Assembly (NCBI RefSeq): GCF_004010195.1
Contig: NC_057720.1
Location: 11,425,370-11,465,217, forward strand
Length of the DNA stretch: 39,848 bases
Direction: 5' to 3'
Origin: Chiloscyllium plagiosum
Taxonomy: Eukaryota
A model generated the notes under the pieces. That model made no database searches. It was not told where the DNA came from and saw nothing but the letters and a program-made list of their open reading frames with translations. Shown here one piece after another: positions 21,995-34,117 of the stretch. Numbering within the stretch: the first letter of the stretch is position 1; every line of letters starts with the position of its first letter. A program made the position numbers and the translations under genes.

Positions 21995-22340
21995 TTATGT
22001 CAGTACACTAATAATCCCCAGGCCCTGCACGAATAATCCACTGAATGGGAGTTCAAATCGCTCTGGCACGTTGACAATTTTAATTCACTTCAAACAGCAC
22101 AAGACATAAAAAAAGTAGCTGGTATCAGTGCAAGTGCTATGAAGCTGTCAGATTGTCATAAAACCCCAACTGTTCACTTAATGTCCTTCAACGAATGACA
22201 TCTGCTGTCAACTTGGCTTTTATTTGTCATAAAAACCTGGTTGAGTTTTAACTACTGATCAGAGTCACTGTGCTGTTTCAGTGACTGGGGGCAGTGGGCA
22301 GTAAAGTGATGTCAGTTATGCCCTTATCCTGAGAAATCAT
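21995..22340 (+). mobile_element. tRNA-derived SINE family B, degraded
   Basis: GAGTTCAAATC B-box, GATTGTCATAAAACCCCAACTGTTCACTTAATGTCCTT body. Confidence 0.55.
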
Positions 22341-22442
22341 GTGTTTTATGTCTGAGACACACGGCTAATGACTGGCAGAGATTATACCAATGCTCAGGTA
22401 AACCTGCACTTGTGGATTCTCAGTTGGAACCTTTGCTTTCAC

Positions 22443-23260
22443 AGAGTCATATACTACGGAAACAGACATTTTGGTCCAACCAGTCCATGCCAACCATAAT
22501 CCCAAGCTAAGATAGCCTCACCTGCCTGCGCTTGTCTCATACCCCTCCAAATCATTTTTATTCTTGTACTTATATAAATGCTATTTAAACAATGTAACTG
22601 CACCACTTCCTCTGGAAGTTCATTCCACACATGGACCACACATTGTCTAAAAAAATTGCCCCCGTGACATTTTTAAATCTTTCTCCTCATGGTGGCTCCG
22701 TGGTTAGCACTGCTGCCTCACAGCACCAGGGTCCTAGGTTCGATTCCAGCCTCAAGCAACTGGCTGTGTGGAGTTTGCACATTCTCCCCGTATCTGCGTG
22801 GGTTTCGTCCGGTGCTCTGGTTTCCTCCCACAGTCCAAAGATGTGCAGGTCAGGTGAATTACCCATGCTAAATTGTCCATAGTGTTGGATGCGTTAGTCG
22901 GAGGGGTTGGGTTACTCTTCGGAGGGTCAGTGTGGACATGTTGGACCAAAGGGCCTGTTTCCAGACTGTAGGGAATCTAATGCAAAAATCCTCTCACCTT
23001 AAATACATACCCCCTGGTTTTGAAATCTCCCACTCTAGGGAAAAGACACCTGTCATTCACCTTATCTGTACCACCTCCCATCCCCTCCCACCCCCTCACT
23101 CCCCAATGATTTGATAAATCTCTATAAGGACACCCCTCAACCTCCTACGCTCCAGGGTAAAAAGTCTCAGCCCAACTAGCCTCTCCTTATAATGCAAAAC
23201 CTTCCATTTCTGGCAACATCCTATCTCTTCTCAATCCTGTCCAGCTTACTAATATCCTTT
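22443..23260 (-). mobile_element. CR1/HER1 3' fragment interrupted by HE1
   Basis: VHVWNELPEEVV on minus strand; resumes at ~22990. Confidence 0.8.
22689..22982 (+). mobile_element. HE1-type SINE
   Basis: GTGGTTAGCACTGCTGCCTCACAG..GGTTCGATTCC..GGGCCTGTTTCCAGACTGTAGGGAATCTAA. Confidence 0.9.
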
Positions 23261-23314
23261 ATTTAATAATATCTTTTACTTAATAATATCCTTCATTTAA
23301 TAATATCCTTTACT
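23246..23314 (+). repeat. 18-bp AT-rich tandem repeat, about 4 copies
   Basis: TAATAATATC(C/T)TT(T/C)A(C/T)T units at the truncated CR1 end. Confidence 0.8.
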
Positions 23315-23324
23315 TTTTCATGCG

Positions 23325-23670
23325 ATGTGAGCATTGCTGGTGAGTTGTTGCCTATCCCTAACGGCCCTGGGTCTGAGTGGCTTGCTCTGCTATTTCAGAT
23401 GGCAATTAAGTGCCAACCATCTTATCGAGGGTCTGGAGTCCCATATAGGCTGGGCTGGGTGAGGACAGCAGATTTCCTCCCCCAAACCTTTAGAGCTTTC
23501 GCTTTTACTAATGTCGATGATAGTTTTGTGGTCATTCTTCCTAAGGCCGGCTTTGCATTCCAGATTAATGAATTGACTTTAAAATCGGTCAGCTGCCACG
23601 TTGGGAAATGAAGTTCATTAATTGAACCTGAATCAAAAGTTATTCAGATTTTTCACAACCATATTGCTCT
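23325..23670 (-). mobile_element. tRNA-derived SINE family B, degraded
   Basis: GGGTCTGGAGTCCCATATAGGC..GAGGACAGCAGATTTCCT, matching 31262-31550. Confidence 0.6.
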
Positions 23671-23854
23671 CCAGAATCATAACTCAAAGTAAATATGGAA
23701 ACCAACGTAAGAAACAGAAGTGGACAAGCTGGTGGCTGGAAGATCACAGTAAGCCAGGCAGCTCAGGGAGGTGGAGAACCCAGCATGACAAGGAGGGATA
23801 CTGTTAGTAAAATCGGAAGCTCGTTGCTGACTATTTTATGACACGGCCACACAA

Positions 23855-24075
23855 TACAGGAGCAGAATCGGGCTATTCAGCCCATCGCGTCTGCTCTGCC
23901 ATTTGATCATGGCTGGTATTCTCTTGCCTTCTCCCCGTAACCCTTACCAATCAAGAACCAATCTACCTCTGTCTTAAATACACTCAATGACTTGGTTTCA
24001 ACAGGCCCCTGTGGCAATGAGTTTCACAGATTCCCCATTCTCTGGCTAAAGAAATTCAAACAATGTCCTCTCCAG
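23855..24075 (-). mobile_element. CR1 3' end (second subfamily)
   Basis: AGGAGCAGAATCGGGCTATTCAGCCCATCG..GATCATGGCTG..GGCAATGAGTTTCACAGATT. Confidence 0.75.
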
Positions 24076-24654
24076 GATCTGGGCTCAATGCAGCTCAGAC
24101 TGAGGAGATGGTCACCTTGTTGTCAGATAGCTGTCAGTGGCCTGTGTTAGCCCAGATACGTTCTGCCTTTAATGAACACAGGTCTACAGTTCATAATTGT
24201 ACTGAGTCACTTCATGCAGGTGGTGAAACAAGAAAAGCTGGGATTATTCCCCTTAGAGCAGAAATGTCCAAATTGACTGAGTGTTTTGATACAATAAATA
24301 AGAAGTAAGTGTTTCCAGTTGTAGGAGTGTTAGCAACCAGATGACATAGATTTAAAGTAATTAGTAGTAAAGCTGGAGGGGAGTTATTTTTTAGGCTGTG
24401 TTTGCTGACTCTCAGGAATATGGACAGGAGCAGTGAAATCACCGTGATAAACTGAAGTAAAGAATTATAAAATAAAAACTAATTTTTTTAAAAATATGGT
24501 GGAGAAAAGGACTTCTAATTAAAGTAGATTTTAAGTTTTTTTTTAAATTGACTCTATATTAGGCATGCGTGCGTTTAAAAGAAATCAGAGGTGGACATGC
24601 AGTTAGAATTTATGGTCAGGTGCTTGGTGTCTGCAGACAATTTAAACTTTTGAC

Positions 24655-24797
24655 ATTGTACTCCCCCACCCCTAGGGAAAAGATCTTGGCTATTCACACT
24701 ATCCATGCCTCTCATGATTTTATAAACCTCTATAAGGTCACCCCTCAGCCTCCGACGCTCCAATGAAAATAGCTCCACGATATTCAGCCCCTCCCTC
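24655..24797 (-). mobile_element. HER1/CR1 internal fragment
   Basis: LFSLERRRLRGDLIEVYKIMRGMD. Confidence 0.88.
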
Positions 24798-25699
24798 CTT
24801 GCAATTATTTTACTTTCATTTCAGATTTTCAGCATCCACAGCGTTTTCCCTTGATATTAAATTTTCGTCAGGATTGAAAGGCATAGAGGAAAGGCAGGCT
24901 AATGGTGTTGGGGGATAGATCAGTTGTGACCTAATTGAATGACAGGAGTGACCGGAGGAGTTGAATGACTTCCTTTTGTATGTAACTTACAGAGCGAGGT
25001 TATCTCTGTCAACACACTCTTAAGGTTCCTACTAAAGCAAACAGAGGCATTTGTCAAAGAGGAGGTTTGAAGGAATTACTACACTGTGCGGAGTACAGAG
25101 GGTGGTAAGACTCAATGGGTTGACTCATGCCTGACTCCTCGAACATTGTTGAAGCTTAATAGTGGAGCCAGCCAGCACACAGCTCTGCATGGGTAGTTCA
25201 AACTTACATTAGTGCTCAGCAGAAGGGATATTTTATAAATTACGTTTGGTCTTTTATTTCAGCAAGACATTGTTATCCTGCTATCAGCTTTAATTGTTTG
25301 CTCTGATTTCATTATGTACAATGAAAAGGCAATTTGCCTTTTCCCCTCCCCCTCCCCCCCCCAACATTTTGGAAATGTATCAAGCTGCATTCTAGGAATG
25401 GTGAGGAGACAGCGAAGAAATTGTAGGCAGACAATGCATGTGGTATTACTCTACACTAACATCACTGTCATTACAGACCTGACTATGTTTTTGGGTTAAT
25501 TAATTTAGACCAGTCACCACACTCTGAAGGTAATTCATTGTAAGAAGTGTCATAAGATGTAATGGAATGAGTACGGGGAGGTGAATGGGGAAAGCTCTTG
25601 ATGTGATTTAATTTATGTCAAAATGTCAAGGCTGCAGAGCACACTGTGCAACTATCAATGAGCACTTTTAAATGTTAGGTGCTGTGGCCATTGGCAAGT

Positions 25700-26075
25700 T
25701 CATCTGTTTTGCCAGTAGTGCCAAGTCTCATTGAGCTTGTGTTTGCCAACTTTACATTGGCTTCCAGTCCAGCAACACGTCAAATTTATAAATCTTCTGT
25801 TTTTAAGTCTCTCGTTGTCTCAAGTCCCCCGATTTCTGTTTCCTCCTTCAGCTCTGCAAGCCTCCAAGATTCCTGGGCTTTTCCAATCCTGGCCTCTGGT
25901 ATATCCCTAATTTTATTGCTCTGACAATGGTGTCAATGCCATCAGTTTAATAGGTTCTAAATTCAGAATTTCCTCCTTAAACACATCTGCTTCTACTCTC
26001 CATCCTCCTTAAAGTCACTGCTTTAAACCTGAATCTTTGATCAAATCTTTGGTCATCTGTCCTAATGCACAGCTC
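25700..26075 (+). mobile_element. Old L2-like 3' end
   Basis: CCAATCCTGGCCTCTG..TAAATTCAGAATTTCCTCCTTAAAC..CTTTGATCAAATCTTTGGTCATCTGTCCTAAT, recalled L2-type tail. Confidence 0.45.
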
Positions 26076-26089
26076 CTGTGGAGTGCCAC

Positions 26090-26880
26090 TAGACTTTTAC
26101 CATCTACATCAATGGAGCGGAGGTTGAGAGGATTGAGAGCATTAAGTTCTGAGGAATGACAATAGCCAACAATCTGTCCTGGACTTCCCATGTAGAGGTG
26201 ACAGTCAAGAAGGCACAACAACACCTCCTCTTCCTCAGGTAGCTCAAGAAATTTGGACCCTCACCAACTTTTACAGATGCACCACTGAAAGCACACTGTC
26301 TGGGTACATAATGGTCTGGGTTGGCAACTGCTCTGCCCAGGAATGTAAGAAACTACAGAAGATGGTGTGCACAGCCATCAATTCCCCCGATTTCTGTTTC
26401 CTCCTTCAGCTCTGCAAGCCTCCAAGATTCCTGGGCTTTTCCAATCCTGGCCTCTGGTATATCCCTAATTTTATTGCTCTGACAATGGTGTCAATGAACT
26501 CCATTTACACAGCTCGCTGCCATGGAAAAGCTCCCAACATTATCACGGACCCCTCCCACCCGGGTAATGCACTCCACGATCTCTTCCATCAGGCAGAGGA
26601 TACAGAAGCTTGAACATACAGACCAACAGGTTCAAGAACAGCTTCTTCCCTTTCTTTATTAGACTGATAAATGGACTCTCTAAATTCAAATAATGTTGAT
26701 CTTGTTAATGTTGATCTTGCTTTGTGCCCCTCCTGTGCCTCTGTAAACCTGTGTGCCTCACTCTTTCTAAGCAACCTACAATCTGTGTGTCCTTGTTTGT
26801 TATGATCCACCCGTACTGACTGCAAAACAAAAGCTTTTCACTGTACACATGACCACAACAAATCAAAGCAAAATCAAATT
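26090..26880 (+). mobile_element. Rex1/Babar-type LINE 3' end
   Basis: IYINGAEVERIESIKF, NNLSWTSHVEVTVKKAQQHL, TNFYRCT, GNCSAQECKKLQKMV, IITDPSHPG; 3' UTR TTTTCACTGTAC and AAATC tail. Confidence 0.88.
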
Positions 26881-26924
26881 TATGTTAAAGGTGTTATGGT
26901 GTGAATTTGAAGGGAGGTAATGGA

Positions 26925-27187
26925 TCAAAGGTATTATTGCTTGACTATTAACCCTGGGGACCTGGTTTCGAATTCCGTCTAGGGCAACGGTTGAATCTGA
27001 ATTCAGTTTAAAGCTGTTGCTGATTATCGGAAAAACCCATCTGGTCCACTATTATCCTTTAGGGAAGAAAAATGCCATCCTGACCTGGTCTGGCCCACAT
27101 ATGACTCCAGACGCATAGCAATATGGTTGATAATTACAGAAGGGTAATAAATGCTGGCCAATCACAGCAATATACCATCAATGACTT
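26925..27187 (+). mobile_element. tRNA-derived SINE family B
   Basis: B-box-like GTTTCGAATTCC, AAAAACCCATCTGGTCCACTA..CCTGGTCTGGCC..GACTCCAGAC, tail AATAAATGCTGGCC. Confidence 0.7.
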
Positions 27188-27600
27188 TTTAAAAAAATTA
27201 ATGGCAGGATAACATCACGGACAAATAGTTCCCCCATTGTGCTGGGCTTGACATTGTGGGGACACCCTCCACAAAATACCTATTAGGTGGCCAGAGTAGG
27301 TCTCCCAAATGCATGCCTACAGAATTCTTAAGTGTATCCTTTCAGTGCAAGTGTTACAGGGCCAACAACATGAAGGTGTTCAGTGCACACAACACCAGGA
27401 ATCCCTGAAGAAAACAGCCTTATTAAAACAAGCTGCATTTGAGTTTCTTGGGGAGACTCTTGCAGCCAGCTGGCCATGTGAAGAGACCCACTAAGGGTGG
27501 CTGGGGTCGGGGGTGTTTCAGAGGGAAGTTATCTCATTTCCTACAACATGACAGTGGATTGCAGTGGTTCAAGAAGGCAGCTCAGCACCACCTTGTACAG

Positions 27601-27771
27601 GGTGAAAGTGAGGACTACAGATGCTGGAGATTGGAGTTGAGTGTGTGGTGCTGGAAAAGCTCAGCAGGTCAGGCATTATCCGAGGAGCAGGAGAATCGAC
27701 GAAACGTCGATTCTCCTGCTCCTCGGATGCTGCCTGACCTGCTGTGCTTTTCCAGCACCAAACTCTTGACT
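27601..27771. mobile_element. Penelope-type fold-back mini-element (family A) inserted in an old LINE 3' end
   Basis: Apex GAGAATCGACG-AAA-CGTCGATTCTC; CACCACCTTGTACAG at 27586-27600 and 27772-27786. Confidence 0.88.
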
Positions 27772-28480
27772 CACCACCTTGTACAGAGCAACTAGGAATG
27801 AGCAATAAAGGCTGAGTAATGCCAATGTCCAATGAGTGAATTAAAAAAGCACTTCAAAAAAAAGGCATCTTATTGGAGATAATGCACTCTGAAGCACCTA
27901 TGGTCATGAAAGGTGCTATATAAATGCAAGCAGTAGCGATTGACCTCCACCTTCTTGAGAGCAGTTAGGGAGAGGTATGCCCACACCTCATGAAAGATAC
28001 TTCTTCTTTGAAAAATTGTCTTCCTTTCTTTCTATTAGTTGAAGTGATGCATGTCTAACTGTGCAGGACTGGCACCGAAGTATGAATAGAGATGATTCAT
28101 CCAAGGCCTGAACTGAGGTTTGAATGCGAAACACTCTTGACTCAGAGTCAAGCTGATTCATATAGGAAATGAGAACGACGAATTGCTTCATCTCAGGAGA
28201 AGAAAGCTGTGAGAGATTTTGTAAAGCAGCAAATGAAGTAGGAAGGTAGGAAGGAGTAGATGTCTTCTAATGCCGTGTGTGAAGTGGTAATGTCAGGTTA
28301 TTTTCATCTCTGATTTGCCACAACATCAAGCCCAGTCCCTCCTTGATAATATCTCATGTGAAGTACTGATGCTTGTTATTCTGTCCATTTGTTCTCGATC
28401 TGCTCATTCAGTATGAAATAGCTGGTCCACATTCACACAATGTTACACTATAGTATAATGGGGAAATTGAAACTACATAA

Positions 28481-29006
28481 AGTCATAGAGTCATAGAGAT
28501 GTACAGCATGGAAACAGACCCTTCGATCCAACCTGTCCATGGTACCACCCTCCGCGTGAAAAAGTTGCCCCTTAGGTCTCTTTTAAATCTTTCCCCTCTC
28601 ACCCTAAATCTATGCCCTCTACTTCTGGACTCCCCGACCCCACGGAAAAGACCTTGTCTATTTACCCTATCCATGCCCCTCATAGTTTTGTAAACCTCTA
28701 TAAGGTCACCCCTCAGCCTCCGACACTCCAGGGAAAACAGCCCCAGCCTGTTCAGCATCTCCCTGTAGCTCAAATCCTCCAATCCTTGTAAATCTTTTCT
28801 GAACCCTTTCAAGTTTCACAATATCTTTCCGATAGGAAGGAGACCAGAATTACACACAATATTCCAAAAGTGGCCTAACCAATGTCCTGTACAGCCACAA
28901 CATGACCTCCCAACTCCTGTACTCAATACTCTGACAAATAAAGGAAATTTATACCAAACACCTTCTTCACTATCCTCTCTACCTGTGACTCCACTTTCAA
29001 GGAGCT
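28481..29006 (-). mobile_element. HER1/CR1 3' fragment with deletion
   Basis: LNRLGLFSLECRRLRGDLIEVYK..LRGNFFTRRVV; AGTCATAG tail. Confidence 0.92.
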
Positions 29007-29200
29007 ACCACCATCCCCACCATCAGTCAATGTTGGAGCTTTTTGCCTCTTGGTGGAAATAACATATTGGAGGCAATGACAGATTACAGAATTCATGAAA
29101 CTCTCTGGATAGCACATTGACCTCTCTCTCTCTCTCAGACAGACATCTCCATGTCTGCTTTAGCACTCTGAGCTCACAATGCAGTCTGACACCCCACTGC

Positions 29201-29790
29201 AGTCATCATTATCGGCGGTCACTCGTAAGCAAGGATTACTCTCCTCCACTCTCAGGGTGAGTCCGTGGGTGGCTATACAGACTGATGGCACTACCACAGG
29301 CTCTGTTACACTTGGAGCAGGTGGTTCTCGGAGGAAAGGGTGGGTGGGACGTTCGCTATTTTTCCTGGATTCCACTTTTTCCCAATGCCAAGTCTCGCAT
29401 TCTCAGCTCCTTCCCGGATGCTCCTGCTCCACTTTGAGCGATCTTGGGCCTGTGATTCCCAGGTTTCTTGTGTGAATGCTGCACTTTACCAGTGAAGCCT
29501 TGAGGGTATCCCTGAAACGCTTCCTCCATCCCACCTGGGGCTCACCTGCCATTTCAAAGCTGCGAGGAGAGCACCTGATTGGGGAATCACGTGTCGGTCA
29601 TATGGACGACGTGCCCAGGCCATCGCAGCCAATCACGGGGGTGCTCAGTGCCTTGATGCTGGGGATGTCGGCCTGGCCGGGGATGGCTGGTGTTGGTGCA
29701 TCTGTCTTCCCAGTGGGATTGGCAGGATGTTGAGCAGGCAGCATTGGTGGGGCTGCTCCAGGGCATTTCTGGGCACATGGTCCTTCAGGT
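29201..29790 (-). mobile_element. RTE-clade LINE 3' fragment
   Basis: HWEDRCTNT, ADIPSIKAL, LRWPGHVVHM.DTR, KRFRDTLKASLVKC, C2H2 zinc-finger remnant and ATGATGA-type tail on minus strand. Confidence 0.82.
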
Positions 29791-29849
29791 AAAATGTGCA
29801 GCTGCCATATCGTCTGCCAGTGATTGGATAAGATCCCATGAAGCATTTT

Positions 29850-30600
29850 GCTTCATTTTGAAAAAGCAAATGAGGGCAGTTCTTAAACATTTAATAGTAA
29901 GTTCCTGGGGAGTGATGTTGAACAAAGATACCTTGGCGTGCAGATTCATCGTGCCTTGAAAATGGATTCCCAGGTTGATAGGATAGTGAAGAAGGTGTTT
30001 GGTATGCTTTCCTTTACTGGTCAATGCATTGAGGATAGGAGGTCAAGCTGCAGATCTTCAGGACCTTGGTTAGGCGCCTTTTGGAATGCTCCATGCAATT
30101 CTGGTCTCCCTCCTATCGGAAGGATGCTGTGAAACTTGAAAGAGTTCAGGAAATATTGATAAAGATGTTGGAGGGTTTGAGCTACAGGGAGAGGCTGAAT
30201 AGGCTGGGGCTATTTCCCTCGAGTATCGGAGGCTGAGGGGTGATGGAGATTTATAAAATTATGAGAGGCATGGATAAGGTAATAGTCAAGGTATTTTCCC
30301 GGGGTGAGGGGGTTCAGAACTAGAGGACAGAGGTTTAAGGTGAGAGGGGAAAGGTTTAAGACGGACCTAAGGGGTAGCTTTTTCATGCAGAGCATGGTGC
30401 ATGTATGGAACGAGTTGCCAGAGGAAGTGGTGAAGGCTGGTGCAATTACAACATTTAAAAGGCATCTGGATGGGTACATGAATAGGGAGAGGGATGTGGG
30501 CCAAGTGCTGGCAAATGGGACAAAATTAATTTAGGATATCTGGTCGGCATGGACAAGTTGGACCGAAGGGTCTGTTTCCATCTCTATGACTCCATGACTC
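29850..30600 (+). mobile_element. HER1/CR1 3' portion
   Basis: QVDRIVKKVFGML, RTRGQRFKVRGERFK..WNELPEEVV; ATGACTCC tail. Confidence 0.9.
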
Positions 30601-30904
30601 TTGGAAGAGCTGGAGAGTTCTCCTTGTTGCCCAGCAAATATTTATCCAACAAGCAACAATGCCATAGCAGATGAACTTCCAATGCCACCCTTTTCACCTC
30701 TGACTCTCCAGCATCTCAGTTCTATTTTCTCCACATCCCTCCAAGCATTCCTTATCCATGTACTTATCCAAATGTCTTTTAAAGGTTATAACTGTACTCG
30801 TATCCATCACTTCCTCTGAGTGTTCATTCCACACACAAACCACTCGCTGTATAAAAATATTGTCTATCATGTCCTTTTCAAATCTTTCTCCACTCATCTT
30901 AAAA

Positions 30905-31205
30905 GATAGATTAGATTCCCTACAGTGTGGAATCAGGCCCTTCGGCCCAACCAGTCCACACTGACCCTCCGAAGAGTAACCCACCCAGACCCATTTCCCT
31001 CTGACTAATGCACCTAACGCTACGGGCAATTTAGCATAGCCAATTCACCTGACCTGCACAGCTTTGGACAGTGGGAGGAAACCGGAGCACCCAAAGAAAC
31101 CCACACAGAATGTGCAAACTCCACACAGTCGCCTGAGACTGGAATCAAATCTGGGACCCTGGTGCTGTGAGGCAGCAGTGCTAACCACTGAGCCACCATG
31201 CCACA
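30905..31205 (-). mobile_element. HE1-type SINE
   Basis: TAGATTAGATTCCCTACAGTGTGG tail; GCAGTGCTAACCACTGAGCCACC head (reverse). Confidence 0.92.
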
Positions 31206-31261
31206 CCTTTTTTTTAAAATGCCCCTATCTTGAAACCCCCACCCACCATTTATTCTGTAGC

Positions 31262-31552
31262 AAGATGAGGGTGTCACTGGCTAGGCAGCATTTATTGTCC
31301 ATCCTTAATTGCCCCAGAGGGCCATTGAGAGTCAACCACATTGACTGTGGGTCTGGAGTCACATATAGGCCAGACCAGGTAAGGATGGACTTTTCTGACA
31401 ATTGGCAATGGATTCATACTCATCATTAGATATTTAATCCCTGATATTTTTTGAAATCAGATTCCGCCATGGTGGGATTTGAACCCAGGTCCCCAGAATA
31501 TTACCTGGATCTCTGGATTAACAGGCCAGTGATAATACCATTAGGTCATCCC
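31262..31552 (-). mobile_element. tRNA-derived SINE family B
   Basis: CAGCATTTATTG..GAGTCAACCACATTG..GGGTCTGGAGTCAC..GGTGGGATTTGAACCC. Confidence 0.75.
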
Positions 31553-32149
31553 ATCTCCGATCTATGCCCTTCATGCTTTCATAAACCTCTATAAGGTCAC
31601 CAGGCTATCTAGCCTCGTCCTCCTAACTCAAGCCTTCCATTTCCAGGAACATCCTGGTAAATCTTTCTGAACCCTCTCCAGCTTGATAATATCCTTCCTG
31701 TAACAGGGAGACCAGAACTGAAGACAATACTCGAGAAGAGACCTCACCAATGTCCTGTTGTTGACGCATATTTGAACTTATATACATGTGCATTTCAATA
31801 TTCCTGTCATGTTTTCCTGCAACAGTTTAACAGATACAATAGACAGATGCCAATCCCCTTGCTACACTCTAACATAATGATAAACTCCAGGTGGTCTTGC
31901 ATTTCTCCATAAGTAGATGCCGATAAATTGAACATGTCATAGCAGTATATGGTATAATAATGAATCTCCACTTTTGAACCTCGAGACGATTGTGTTATCT
32001 GCACTATCTAGCAAAATGCCTCATGGTTTTGGGGAGAAATTTAGTTCAGGTGACATGATGTTGTGAGACAATCGAATTGGTAGTAAAACCAAAGTGGTTT
32101 TCAAAGTATTCTTAGCTAAAAACTTACACCACAAGTTATTAGTAGATAA

Positions 32150-33745
32150 AGGAAGTGAGTGACGTGATTGCTGGGCCCCTTGCTGAGATACTTGTATCAT
32201 CGATAGTCACAGACAAGGTGCCAGAAGACTGGAGATTGGCTAATGTGGTTTCACTATTTAAGAAAGATGGTGAGGAAATGTTAGGGAACTATAGACTGAT
32301 GAGCCTGACATCGGTGGTAGGCAAGTTGTTGGAGGGAATCCTGTGGGACAGGATTTATATGTATTTGGAAAGGCAAGGACTGAGTAGGGATAGTTGTCCG
32401 TGGGAAATCACAAACTTGATTGAGTTTTTTGAAGAAGTAGCAAAGAGGATTGATGAGGGCAGAGAGGCATTCGACATGGTTCCTTATGGAAGACTGGTTA
32501 GCAAGGTTACATCTCGTGGAATACAGGGAAAACTAGTAATTTGGACACAGAACTGGCTCAGAGGTAGAAGACAGGTGGCGGTGGAGGGTTGCTTTTCAGA
32601 CTGGAGGCTTGTGACAAGGATGGGCACAAGGATGGGCACTACTTTTCATCATTTACATAAATGATTTGGATGTGAATATAAGAAGTATGGTTAGTAAATT
32701 TGCAGATGACACCAAAATTAGTGGACAACAAAGAAGATCATCTCAGATTACAATGGGATCTTGACCAGATGAGCCAATGGGCCGAAGAGTGGCAGATGGA
32801 GTTTAATTTAGATAAATGTGAGGTGCTGCATTCAGGAAAGGCAAATTAGAGCAGGACTTATACACTTAATGGTAAGGTCCTGGGGAGTGTTGCTGAACAA
32901 GAGACCTTGGGGTGCAGGTTCATAGTTCCTTGAAAGTGGAATTACAGGTAAATAGGATAGTGAAGAAGGCGTTTGGTATGTTTGCCTTTATTGGTCAAAG
33001 TTTTGAGTACAGAAGTTGGGAGGTCATGGTGCGGTTGTACAGGACATTGGTTAAGCCACTTTTGGAATGCTACATGCAATTCTGGTCTCCTTCCTATTGG
33101 AAGGATGTTGTAAACTTGAAAGGGTTCAGAAAAGATTTACAAGAATGTTGACAAGGTTGGAGGATTTGAGCTGTAGGGAGAGGCTGAACAGGCTGGCTGC
33201 TGTTTTCCCTGGAGCATTGGAGGCTGAGGGGTGACCTTACAGAGGTTTACAAAACCATGACGGGCATGGATAGGATAAATAGACAAGGTCTTTTCCCTAG
33301 GATGAGGAAGTCCAAAACTTGAAGGCATAGGTTTAAGGTGAGAGGGGAAAGATTTAAAAGGGACCTAATGGGGAACTTTTTCACACAGAGGGTGGTACGT
33401 GTATGGAATGAGCTGCCAGAGGATGTGGTGGAGGTTGGTACAATTGCAACATTTAAAAGCTGTCTGGATGGGTATCTGAATAGGAAGCGTTTAGAGGAAT
33501 ATGGGCCAAATGCTGGCAAATGGGATTAGATTTATTTCACAGTGGAGCTGGAAAAAGCACAGCACGTGAAATAGCATCTGAGGAGCAGGACCCTTCATCA
33601 GGACTGGAGAGGGGGAAGGAGGCTGAGAAATAAATGAGGGTGGGTGGAGCTGGGAGAAAGATTTATTTAGGATATCTAGTCAGCATAGACGAGTTGGACC
33701 ACAGGGTCTGTTTTCGTGCTGTGTATCTCCATCACTCTGACTCTA
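32150..33745 (+). mobile_element. HER1/CR1 LINE, RT domain to 3' tail, inactivated
   Basis: VPEDWRLANVV..GNYRLMSLTSVVGKLLE, SKFADDTKI, YRTLVKPLLEC.QFWSP, WNELPEDVV; frameshifts. Confidence 0.95.
33538..33658. mobile_element. Penelope-type family A single arm inserted in HER1 3' UTR
   Basis: GCTGGAAAAAGCACAGCA..GCATCTGAGGAGCAGGA..CCCTTCATCAGGA; AGATTTATTT at 33528-33537 and 33659-33668. Confidence 0.7.
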
Positions 33746-34117
33746 AAAGCATAATTTAAATATTGTATTTAACAAAAAACATTGCAATATTAAAAATTAA
33801 ATATAAAAGATTTATAAACAATAGAATTCAAAACAAATTAAATATAAAATTTAAAGTACAATATATAATGAACTTCATGCCTTTGAGACATCCAAAAGCA
33901 TCCTGCAATCACTTAAGAACTTTTTCGAGTGTCGTTATTATTTTAATGCAGTTCTGTAGCTGCCAATTTGCAGTCAGGAAGTTCCAGTAATTTGATAAGG
34001 AATTATGCCATCAATTTTCAGTGATGTTACTATGGAAATGAATATTGCCAAGGGTACCAAAGAGGACTACCCCAATCCTCTATGAGTTGTTACACAGGTT
34101 CTCTTGCATTGAGTGAC

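Larger units (their letters stand above)
30695..31760 (-). mobile_element. CR1 3' fragment split by HE1 and SINE B insertions
   Basis: Pieces 30695-30904, ~31214-31255 and ~31558-31760 are colinear CR1 3' sequence. Confidence 0.7.

Noticed and set aside
24140..24225. RSAFNEHRSTV as a GIY-YIG remnant
   Set aside because: Too short, with no flanking motifs
28030..28125. Possible coding exon after a polypyrimidine tract
   Set aside because: All three frames after the TGTGCAG acceptor hit stops, and the donor is weak
32155..32664. 169-aa RT-like ORF as functional protein
   Set aside because: Part of a deleted, frameshifted HER1 copy
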